Position numbers and translations under genes: made by a program
DNA from: Octopus sinensis
Taxonomy: Eukaryota
Direction of reading: 5' to 3'
Assembly (NCBI RefSeq): GCF_006345805.1
Contig: NC_043000.1
Coordinates: 138,756,001 to 138,820,000 of the forward strand
Length of the DNA: 64,000 nt
Part shown: piece after piece, positions 53,353-64,000 of the stretch
How the letters are laid out: each line of letters starts with the position of its first letter
How positions within the stretch are numbered: the stretch's first letter is position 1
The notes under the pieces: model-generated
What the model was told of the DNA's origin: nothing
The model's input: only the letters and a program-made list of their open reading frames with translations
Database searches by the model: none

Positions 53353-54411
53353 AATATCATCAGACATGGAAAGCAAACACTAAACAATGATGATGATGAT
53401 ATTCTATTTCTTTACTACCCACAAGGAGCTAAACACAGAGAGGACAAACAAGGACAGACAAATGGATTAAGTCGATTATATCGACTCCAGTGCATAACTG
53501 GTACTTATGCATATATACATATATGTGATATATGTATACACATGTGTTTGTGTGTTTGTACATAAATACATACATTCATACATAATGCATATATACATAC
53601 ATGGGTTGGACAGTTTTGACATGCAGCTGGCTAGCAGGGACCAATCTGGACTCCAAATGTCTGCTATGGCATGGATTATATGACCAGACGCATTTCCTAA
53701 CGCCAACCTCTCAACAGAGTGTGCTGAGTACTTTTTATGCATCACCAGCATGGGCGCATTTATGAAACAGCAGCACAGGTGTGTTAACACATCAGAAGCA
53801 TGGGTGTTTGTTTAGTGGAACCAGCACCTGAAGAACAAGCAAGCATGTATGTGTAGAAGACAGCGATTTTACTTAGATTGACACATCTCCCAGTCTTCTG
53901 TCACTTCCTCATCATTGTTTTTATGGGCTGAATGGTTGGAAAGGACTGAATAGGTCAGATGACCATATCTTGCTCCAGTGTTGACATGGTTTCTACAGCT
54001 TGATGCTCCATGTATTGGGATGAAGGTGGTTAGATCTATGTAGGAACTGAAGCTTGTGAATACCAAATGAGGGGTGAACGGTTACTTGTAATTGAATAGC
54101 ATGACGCTGATAGGGATGATGAGTTGCTATCAATTAGCAGCACAGAAGAGATGAAGAGGTGAACAGTAGTATGAAATAGTTCATAATGTCATTACTTACA
54201 GGGAAATAATATAATAGAGAGAAGAGGGATGGAAAGATTGTGTGAGGAGGTGATGTGGGTGGAATTGGTGAGTGCATGAGTTTTGGGAGGAGCGAGAGAT
54301 GGATAAAAAAGGGTTGATGATGAACAAAGATAAAAATGATAGTAAATATGAGAGGGGAGGTGACAATAGCAAGAATGAAGGATGAATGTCAATAGTAAGT
54401 GGCTTGGTTAT

Positions 54412-54628
54412 GGCGGCGAGCTGGCAAAAATGTCAGCACACCGGGCAAAATGCTTAGCGTTATTTCATCTGGCGTTATGTTCTGAGTTCAAATTCTGCCG
54501 AGGTCGACTTTGCCTTTCATCCTTTCAGGATCGATTAAATAAGTACCAGTTACGCACTGGGGTCGATATAATCGACTTAATCCATTTGTCCCCTCTGTGT
54601 GTAGCCCCTTGTGGCAATAAAGAAATAA
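54412..54628 (+). mobile_element. Family B SINE
   Basis: Consensus match. Confidence 0.9.
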
Positions 54629-54836
54629 GAAAGTGACTTCGTAGAGAGACCCAGCTGTCTCGCTGAGAATAAGTCAAAGATAAAAAGTAAAAAAGCAACA
54701 GTTGTAGATTTGATAGGGTCACTGTCTGACATATTAATTTGCATGCATACACATGCATCCACAACGTCAGTTGAGTGCATAAAGACTATACTTTCAGAAA
54801 TTCAGGCAAGAAAGAAGACCTACTATTTTAGCTAAA

Positions 54837-55409
54837 ACAGGTCAGTTCATCTCAAATTCTTTGTAAAATCCTAAATATATCTCCTTTTCTGTATATATAT
54901 ACTTATTTCTTTATTACCCACAAGGGGCTACACACAGAGGGGACAAACAAGGACAGACATAGGTATTAAGTCGATTACATCGACCCCAGTGTGTAACTGG
55001 TACTGAATTTATCGACCCCGAAAAGATGAAAGGCAAAGTCGACCTCGGCGGAATTTGAACTCACAACGTAACGACAGATGAAATACCACTAAGTATTTCA
55101 CCTGGTGTGTTAACGTTTCTGCCAGCTTGCCACCTTCTGTATATATATACTACCAAACAAACATGTTTATTGAACTCCTAATACTTTTTGTTTAATATAT
55201 TCTCAAGAAATTTCCTTGTAAACTGTTTTTAACATTTTCATATTATTATCAAAAAATGTATAGATGTATTTTAATACTTTTGTGACAACCCGTACTTAAC
55301 ACAACAAAGCTTATACAAAGCTTTACATTTTACTTTCGACAATCTTTTTCTAAAACAGTGAAACCGGTCAAGTGAATAAACATCTTTAAAATCGCATTTT
55401 CAAACCTTC

Positions 55410-55454
<45 letters not shown>

Positions 55455-55818
55455 GAAAAAATACCAAATAGACAGGTCTGTTCTTCTCCAATTTTTTGTA
55501 AATTCTTAAATATATCTCCTTCTGTGTATATATATACTACCAAACAAACATGATTTTTATTGAACTCCTAATACTTTTTGTTGAATATTTTCTTAAATAT
55601 TTTCTTGTAAACTGTTTTTAACATTTTCTTATTATTATCAAAGAATGTATATATGTATTATAATACTTTTGTGACAACCAGTGCTTAACACAACAAAGCT
55701 TATACAAAGCTTTACATTTTACTTTTGACAATCTTTTTCTAAAACAGTGAAACCGGTCAAGTGAATAAACATCTTTAGAATTGCATTTTCAAACCTTCTT
55801 CCATATATATATATATAT
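54837..55818. repeat. Direct tandem duplication of ~350 bp, one copy carrying a SINE
   Basis: 54837-55450 matches 55472-55818. A family B SINE (54904-55134, minus) is present only in the first copy. Confidence 0.92.
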
Positions 55819-55847
55819 GAATTAAGGAATGGAGTAGATAATATCCA

Positions 55848-55932
55848 GGCTACATATGTTTCATAGTGTAGTAGAACCTCGGAAGTAGTAAATATCCAGG
55901 TGAGGTGAATACTGCAGGCTACTCTTCAGGCC
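55848..55932 (-). ncRNA. Type I hammerhead ribozyme, best candidate
   Basis: Minus strand: GGC-CUGAAGA-GUAGccUGCAGUAuucACCUC...GAGGUucUACUACA CUAU-GAAA-C AUAU G-UA-GCC. The core is intact, helix I is ggc/gcc, helix II is long and loop III is the palindrome ACAUAUGU. Confidence 0.75.
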
Positions 55933-56466
55933 AAGGGTATCTTGATTAAATGAACTTTGCATTGTCATAGGGAGGTACATGCCAACACATTCATGTTTCA
56001 ATCAGAATGCATAGAGAGCATGATTAGAGTGGAGAATATATTGTGAAGAGAAAATAAGATACCGGATATTATCTACTCCATTCCTTAACTCTTGTATTTA
56101 ATTCAAATATCGGGCAACCCTGCCTACGTACCATGAAATGTAATGCCTTTTTTTCAGGTTACCATACTTTGATATGGAAAAAACCCACAACGTTCCACCT
56201 CAATAAACCACTATTGTTCCTGAAAGTTGTATATTTTCAACAGTTTGCTTGAAGGTAATCTTCCTACACCTCAATCCTTAGATCTTACATCTCTCTCTCT
56301 CTCTATATATATATATATAATCAAAATAAGCAACAAGTATATCTTCGGTAATTTGGTACGATCGTTTCATGCTACTTCATTTTATTAAACATTGTAAATA
56401 TATATATATATTACAGAGATGTACTTGCATCGCAAGTGACCTGATCTGAGATCATGTGCTGGAACG

Positions 56467-56687
56467 AAAACAATTACAGTATGGAAGGTGTTTATAAGCC
56501 ATTTAAGAAACACACAAAAACCATTAGATTCACTTTAACATTTAAATTTAATTTGTCAAAATATTTTTGTCGCTTTGGGACCGCGACCTGTTCACTGACA
56601 AATTAAATTTAAATGTCGAAGTGAATCTAACGGTTTTTGTGTGTTTCTTAAACGGCTTATAAACATCTTCCATGCTGCAATTGTTTT
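56467..56687. repeat. Inverted repeat (~90-bp arms) whose loop is a degenerate hammerhead-like core; TA-flanked
   Basis: aaaacaattacagtatggaagg..tttgtca pairs with tgacaaa..cttccatgctgcaattgtttt. Confidence 0.85.
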
Positions 56688-57842
56688 ATATATATATATA
56701 TATATATATATGACTGCATCATCCAATGAGTTCCTAAGTCCCTTCTTTTTTGAAATGGCTGAATGTGGATCAAAGGTGATTTGGTACATTTTCTATCAGA
56801 TCAAGCCATGTAGAACCTCCTTTGTTGGCTTGACACAGATGCTGCTCTAGATATAGTTATCTCTCTATACGAATTACTTTTCAAATACCAAGTGCTGTCA
56901 TGCAGTATTATTGATATGCAATGCCCAGCTGAGTTAATTGATATAATTAAAGACACAGTGTGATATCTGAAATAATGCTTCATTACACGAGCTACTGAGT
57001 ACATTAATACCAAATAGGTTACAATGAATTCTAAACACTTCTACAAGTATTTTTCTCATGTTACTTCAACATAACCTCTTTTTATTAAATACTTTCTGTA
57101 CAGTAGGCTTTTATTCAATGGTTCATGCTATCTTTGTAGCATTTAGATTTTTATATTCAAATATAATTTGGTGCAATGCCAATAGCAGTTCATGTCTATA
57201 AGCCGAACACTGAATGAATTCTTTTGAATATACAATTAAATTTATTTCAACCCTGTGAAAGAAGTTCAGAAATTTCACATCCATATGCGATCATATCATT
57301 TCATTAAATATATATCTATCTGCACATACACACCCAGAACCACCCTAATAGCTTAGGAGTGAAATTTAGGATTTTTTTGGTTTTTCTGTGAATCGATTTT
57401 GATAAAACTTTTCCCAGCTTGTTTCCACATTATGGCATCACCATTGTTATGTTTTTATTATTCTATGTAACGTTGTTTCTTTTTTATTTCAGATTCTTCA
57501 GCTTTTAGGTGAACCACACTAACAGCTTTTTAACGAAAATAACCCATCTAGACATTTTTTTTTTTCAGAAAATGAAGGTCAATGATACATATTAAACATA
57601 CATTGAATATATGTTGCACCAAGTGCAACATATTAGACGAGGATCTTCATAATAACAGTGTAGCACAAAACGGCGGTGCATCAGCATGGATGCAGCTCTG
57701 AGCTGAAACTGGAGAAAAAAAGATATATATTTAACAGAAAAACGATAATAATATTAGAAATACTAAATTTCTAAATCTCTCGTAGAGACATGTACGGTGG
57801 TGGGGGCAATAGAATGGTTGTATACTGTCAATCTAACGCGAA

Positions 57843-57915
57843 CGTGACAGTAGGGGGTACACCACCACTATGCTTCCTAGGGCTAAACAGCGGTGGTGTA
57901 CCCCCTACTGTCACG
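57843..57915. repeat. Perfect 24-bp GC-rich hairpin with 25-nt loop
   Basis: cgtgacagtagggggtacaccacc / ggtggtgtaccccctactgtcacg. Confidence 0.9.
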
Positions 57916-58212
57916 ATAATAATATTATAACATTTATTGACATAATGAATTATTTAGCCTCATGAGCACCAAGGAAGAAATGATCCAATTGTGGAGCCTC
58001 CAAGATTGTGACAGCTAGGGATTTAAGGAATAGTGGTTGCAAGTTACGTGGGAAACTTGGACAAACAAGCAAAGCCATTTTCTCTGCTTCCAGACTTCTT
58101 CATATACTGAAGACCACCAGAAATCACATCCTTGGAACCATGGATTCCATGTGAACTCTACCCTACACAACTTTTCCAGGAATAGTGGGTGAGAAAATGG
58201 ATTGATAGCTAC

Positions 58213-58253
<41 letters not shown>

Positions 58254-59012
58254 TACACACACATTCATAGCTGACCTTTTGCAATACTGAAATTTCAAAC
58301 TCCAGTATTTGTGACATCAACATTGCCATCAGTATTTTAATAAAATATTTCTATATTTCTTCACCACAATTTTGATACAACCAGTGCTTAATATGAAAAT
58401 CTATGAAGAAGTATATCAAAAAGTCATATGTTTTTTTAATTAATGACCAACATTATACAAGCAAGAAAAGTAATTAAGAATGAAACATTTCCTAATTCAT
58501 TTCTAAATAACTTAATTGGATTTTCCAGCTTTTTGTTACTGGTCTTCTTTTCCAAATTCATGATTATTAATCATGTTCATTACCTCATCAACTCCTCATT
58601 CTCCTGGTGACTCCTTGCTTTTCTTCATTTTGAATATTGAATACCTGTACACTTTTATCCCACCTGATGATGATGGCTTTCATGTTCCCAAGTACTTTAC
58701 AGACAATGTATTAACTTTCAACCCAATACATTTCATCTCCTTTGCCTTACTGGGCTTGTTCTAACTCTCAGTAGTTTTTCTTTCTGATTACTGGGGTGAT
58801 TTCGCTTCATTCACTGGTCCTACCCTTATAATTTTAAGGTAGGTGCATTGATAATTTTATGGGTGTCACATATCTTAGACTCACCAAATTTTTACCACTT
58901 TCACCGATTCTTTCAGCCTAGACTTTGAATTCACTTCAACCCCATTCTCCTACTCTGTTGATTTCTTTAATGCCATTGACATTTTTCATTAACCAAATCT
59001 CTCTTGTTTTCC

Positions 59013-59053
<41 letters not shown>

Positions 59054-59888
59054 ACCTTTCCTCCCTTCCCCTCTCTCATTCTCTCTCTCTTCATCTACTT
59101 TCTCTAAAATTGAGCAACTCACACTTTTACCTTGACTTTACCCCTCCCTATCCCAAACACTCCAGGTTTCCATCCCGTACACGCAATTACTATGCTTTGA
59201 TAGCAATTTAAGACTGCAATTCATCTGACGTTCCTTCCCTTCATGTGATGTGGCTAACTCCACACGTTTCTCAATAGTGATTATCTCTGCTCTTAACATC
59301 AGTTGCATATCCCACTTCATATGACACACTTAAATTTTCCCTCTTCCTTTTTTTCACCGGCATTAATCACATCTGAAAATTTGCAACAGAATGGACTACA
59401 TTAAGTGCATCACACAACCAAATTGCTGTATGAAAACAGTCACTTGATTTAGTTTCCAATGCAAGAAATAGCACTATTTATACACCAGGCTTCTATACAG
59501 ATTTCATCAATCCTCTTTCACTCTAAAAGTTTGGTTCAACCCTCGGATATAATAGAAGACATTTGCTGCCAATAATAAACGGATCTATGTCCCTTTCAAC
59601 GATGAGAATTTAGTTGTTTGATCAATTAAATTAGTTTTACCTTGAATTAGAGAGTAGGTAGCAGAAGATTCCACAGACAATTTACCATTAATGTCCAACC
59701 CGTGTTAGCATGGAAAACGGACGTTAAACGAGGATGATGATAATGATGATGAAGTCCTCATTAATATAGAATACAGTGAGGAGTTTCAGATATTTAGAAG
59801 TAGAGGGATAACTCTAGGTATACTTCTGTCATATAAAACCTCATCTATTTTTTCTGAGATTTGGCAGTAATAATTTGACTATACCTAA

Positions 59889-59918
59889 CTGATGAGGTTT
59901 AATAAAACTGAAACCTAT
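59889..59918 (+). ncRNA. Degenerate hammerhead-like core
   Basis: CUGAUGA-gguuu aaua aaacu-GAAAC. Helices I and III are not convincingly paired. Confidence 0.3.
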
Positions 59919-60313
59919 TCCACATTGTCAGTACAGCCAAATTTTCACTTTACATTTCACTGCATTATTTATATTCTATTTTTAATTCATCTTAAATCAT
60001 TTACATTCTGGGATCACAACCCACCTGCCTTTCCTTATGGTAGGGATTTTTATTCTCATTGCTTCTAGTATACTTTTTAATAACTACAATATTTGGCTCA
60101 CTACCTTAAGTATGATTGAGACTACTTAACTACTTCCTTTTCATACTGCAGGAACCCATAGGCATTTTCTCTGTCACCCTTTCATTTAGAAATATACCAA
60201 AGTAATTGCTGTTCCATTCATTGTGTTATTGCTTATTAGTAAATTAAACCAAAATCTCATTGTGAATTTCTGCTGTTTAATTTAGCATTTTCCCTTATCA
60301 TAGTCATCTTTAA

Positions 60314-60535
60314 CCCTTTTATTTCCAACCCAGCTGAAACCGGCTCTGGTTCTGTAGTACAAATGTCTTGTTTTCATAAGTTTTGAATTAAAAATCTTCC
60401 ACCAAACCTTAGTCACGATTAATGTTCCTAACACTAGCTTAATCATAACTAAGTTATTTTACTAAATTCTTTGTTACATTTAAAATAATTGAAAGAAACA
60501 TAGAGCATCTCAAAATAAATACAGTAACGAAAAGG
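60314..60535. mobile_element. piggyBac-type MITE, copy 2
   Basis: TTAA|CCCTTTT ... AAAAGG|TTAA. Confidence 0.88.
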
Positions 60536-61569
60536 TTAAGACAATTCTTCTACCATTTTATTATTTACTATCCTTTCTATGAAAATTTATATATATATAT
60601 CTGTATTCTAGTAGAAACGGGAATAATTGGCCATGGCAATTATCACTATGAAGAATTAAATAATTGTCAAAGATTGCAGTCACATTGTAGACCATTCTGA
60701 TTTTCATTCTCGTGTAAGGCCAAACATTTGTTATTAAATCCCCCTGCAAAATCAAACCTATTAGAGAGCCTTTACATGGTGATTCAGTTTGCTACAAGTA
60801 ATAGTCAAATCTCCCTCAAATCACAGCTTATCTTAAATGAGGAAACAGACCTCAAATAACATAGTCTTATGTATCCCCACAACGACGCCTGCAAAATATA
60901 TGGCTGAATGAATTTAGAAGATAATTAATACGGATAGTCTAACTCGGCAATCACACAATTTAGTGATCTAAAATATGCTTGAATGCTCCTGAAAATAGTT
61001 GTTTTCACATGAATGGAAATATATTGTGCAATGAACCAGTAATTGAAACCCTATTTTAGTACAAATATTGAACAATGCTATTGTTCACAATTGCATGCAA
61101 TAAAAAGAACAAGTATTAAAAATGTGTTGAAGCATATATTCACTTAAATTAACTGTGTAAAAAAACAACAACAACAACAACATCAGATTATATCATTTAT
61201 CAAATAAGATAAATTTAGGAAAAATACAATAAAAGAGGAAAATTACTGTTTGGTTATTATATTCTAAAGTACTCTACAAATATATTGTTTTGTCTTAAAA
61301 TTTAAATTATAAATTCAAGTTATAAAAATTATTTTAAATAAATTTTCATGGGAAGTAACAAGTGCAAATCATTTTGATTCATGCTGTTTTTCTTTTTGTT
61401 TACTTTATTATGATGGATTTTACTGTGTAGAAGACATAAAAGAGGCAAGAGAAAATTAAATCTGATAAACAATTAAAATTTGAACCATTATGTTTGTGGG
61501 CTCTCTACTAACTTTTAGTACAATAGACAGCACTTAGAGCTATATACAACGCTGGTGCAACATGTCTTT

Positions 61570-61912
61570 CATCTTGTTAAAATGTGTTTGCTGTACACTT
61601 GAAAATGTACGAAGTAGTACTAATAGCCACTAGTGGCTCTACTGGTACTCCATCAGTTACAACAGCAAGAGTTCCAGTTGATCTGACAAGCCGAACAGCT
61701 TGCTCGTTGCAAGTGGCTGAGCACTCCGCAGACACACATACCCTCAACATAGTTCTCAGAGAGATTCAGTATGACACAGAATGCAACAAACCTGGTCCTT
61801 TGAAATACAGGTACAACTCCCTTTTGTCAGCTGAGTGGACGGAAGCAACATGAAATAAAGTGACATAAGGCATTGCTGTGAATTGAACACACAACCTTAC
61901 GATCATGAGCCA
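61570..61912 (-). mobile_element. Family E SINE, head truncated by the adjacent family A insertion
   Basis: Minus strand ggctcatgatcgtaaggttgtgtgttcaattc head remnant and core tccactcagctgac. Confidence 0.75.
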
Positions 61913-61929
61913 AAGAGGTTAGTAGCCCT

Positions 61930-62485
61930 ATCATCATCGTTTAACGTCCATTTTCCATGCTAGCATGGGTTGGACGGTTCGACCAGGGTCTGGGAAGCCA
62001 GGAGGCTGCACCAGGCTCCAGTCTGATCTGGCAGTGTTTCTACAGCTGGATGCCCTTCCTAATGCCAACCACTCCGTGAGTGTAGTGGGTGCTTTTTACT
62101 TGCCCCCGGCACAGGTGCCAGGGGAGGCTGGCAACAGCCATGATCAGTTGATGCTTTTTACATGCCACCGGCACGGAAGCCAGTCAAGGCGGCACTGGCA
62201 TCGGCCACGTACAGATGGTGCTTTTTACATGCCACCGGCACAGGTGCCAGTGGGAGGGGGCTGGCAATGGCCACAATCAGTTGGTGGTTTTTACAGGCCA
62301 CCGACACAGAAGCCAGTCAAGGCAGTGCTGGCATCGGCCACGTACAGATGGTGCTTTTTACATGCCACCAGCACAGGTGCCAGGGGGGGCTGGCAACAGC
62401 CATGATCGGTTGGTGCTTTTTACATGCCATTGGCATGGAAGCCAGTCAAGGCAGTGCTGCCACTGGCACAGGTATGGCAACCACA
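61930..62485 (-). mobile_element. Family A repeat with about 6 internal units in alternating dimers
   Basis: Units alternate between caggtgccagggg.. and ggaagccagtcaaggc.. Confidence 0.9.
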
Positions 62486-62788
62486 ATTTATATTAGTAAA
62501 ATATGTACAAAGCAATATTAGTAGCCATTTAGACATGAAGTTTTCATTTTCTTTGCTTGCCAGAAATATACAAGTTAAAGGCTGATATTATGTTTGTCAA
62601 TTTATTTTTCAAGATTCTTGATGTGAAATTGTGTGTTGAAACAGATATTGTTTTATTTCAGGATGGTCATTTTATTAATTATTATTATTTAAAAATTTTT
62701 TTTGCCGAATAAACACACACACTATATATATATATATATTTTCCTTCACTCATTTATTACTACTATTTTATTATTTTAATGCCTGTTC

Positions 62789-62836
62789 GTTGTCTGGAAA
62801 TCTTTTGTCACACATCTGTAACCTCTTCAGTGACAC
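62789..62836 (-). ncRNA. Degenerate hammerhead-like motif
   Basis: Minus strand: uguca-CUGAAGA-gguuac agaugu gugac-aAAA-gauuucc-agaca. The G of GAAA is mutated. Confidence 0.35.
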
Positions 62837-62939
62837 TTTTCATTTCCATGTGTGTTCTTGCTCCACTTACTCCATTCTCTGTTATTACGTTTTGAAATAA
62901 AAGATTCTAATTTTCTGGGTTATTAAAATCTTCTTTAGT

Positions 62940-63324
62940 ACTCATTTACTTGTTTCAGTCATTTGACTGTGGCTATGCTGAAGCACCACCTTTAGTCAAG
63001 CAAATCGACCCCGGGACTTATTTTTTGTAAGCCTAGTACTTATTCTATCAGTCTCTTTTGCCGAACCGCTAAGTTACGTGGATGCAAACACACCAGCATC
63101 GGTTGTCAAGTGATGTTGGGGGGACAAACAGACACACTATACACACACACACACATACATATATATACATATATACGACGGGCTTCTTTCAGTTTCTCAC
63201 AAGGCTTTGGTCAGCCCGAGGCTATAGTAGATGACACTTGCCCAAGGTACCACGCAGTGGGACTGAACCCGGAACCATGTGGTTGGTAAGCAAGCTACTT
63301 GCCACACAGCCACTCCTACGCCTA
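62940..63324 (-). mobile_element. Family C SINE
   Basis: Reverse family C consensus. Confidence 0.92.
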
Positions 63325-63488
63325 TAATTAATTTTTTTTAAATATTGACATCGGTATTACATTTTGATTGATTTTTAACTATGCTTGTTATCAGTTGCCT
63401 TATTCATCAATGTATGCATTAAATAAATTACAACTGTTATTGTCACTCTTTGCAATGCCATTTTACAGAAGTTGAATGAAGTATAACT

Positions 63489-63716
63489 GTTTCTTTATTA
63501 CCTACAAGGGGCTAAACATATAGGGGACAAACAAGGACAGACAAACGGATTAAGTCGATTACATCAACCCCAGTGCGTAACTGGTACTTAATTTATCGAC
63601 CCCGAAAGGATGAAAGGCAAAGTCGACCTCGGTGGAATTTGAACTCAGAACACAACGACAGACGCAATACCGCTAAACATTTCGCCCGGTGTGCTAACGT
63701 TTCTGCCAGCTCGCCA
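63489..63716 (-). mobile_element. Family B SINE
   Basis: Consensus match. Confidence 0.92.
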
Positions 63717-64000
63717 TCTCTTTATAGGTTATGGTCTTTCTCCTGTTGACAGAAGACTATCCAAGCACAGCTCACCCATCTAATTGGTTCTATGGTTTTA
63801 CAATCATTTGATGTCCTTGGTTGTGGGCTCAGCTGGTGGTTAGCTGAACAACAAGACAGGAATGTAACTGGCAGTAGAGGTGACTTTGATTAATTGCCAG
63901 TGATAAGTGGCAGAGAATATTTTAAGGAAAACATCAGCTGACTTATTTTCAATAAGGATCAATTGACCATTTCTGAGAATTGCACTCCACATGATGGAAG

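Noticed and set aside
61930-62485. CRISPR-like regularly spaced repeats
   Set aside because: The spacers are homologous to each other, there are no cas genes, and the context is a eukaryotic retroposon UTR.
63740-64000. Possible exon (plus) or decayed LINE endonuclease (minus); similar case at 29400-29950
   Set aside because: Too degenerate to assign by eye.

Overview
AT-rich, repeat-dense eukaryotic DNA that looks intronic or intergenic. The repeat families resemble those of coleoid cephalopods, most likely an octopus (inference from repeat style, not from a search). No intact, recognisable host gene was found. Almost every ORF in the supplied track is a microsatellite or SINE artefact. The window holds about 40 SINE or retroposon 3'-end copies in several families. 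It also holds decayed RTE, CR1 and Tx1/L1-like LINE fragments, three (AAT)n-associated R4/Dong-like 3' ends, an internally deleted mariner with intact TIRs, hAT- and piggyBac-type MITEs, and a probable Helitron remnant. The most notable signal is a set of short non-coding elements, mostly beside (TA)n tracts. They carry minimal hammerhead-ribozyme motifs and fold-back inverted repeats, as in Penelope-like pLTRs or retrozymes. In one copy the inverted repeat starts almost exactly at the predicted self-cleavage site. Several templated inversions and filled/empty insertion-site pairs are also visible. Coordinates of degenerate elements are approximate.
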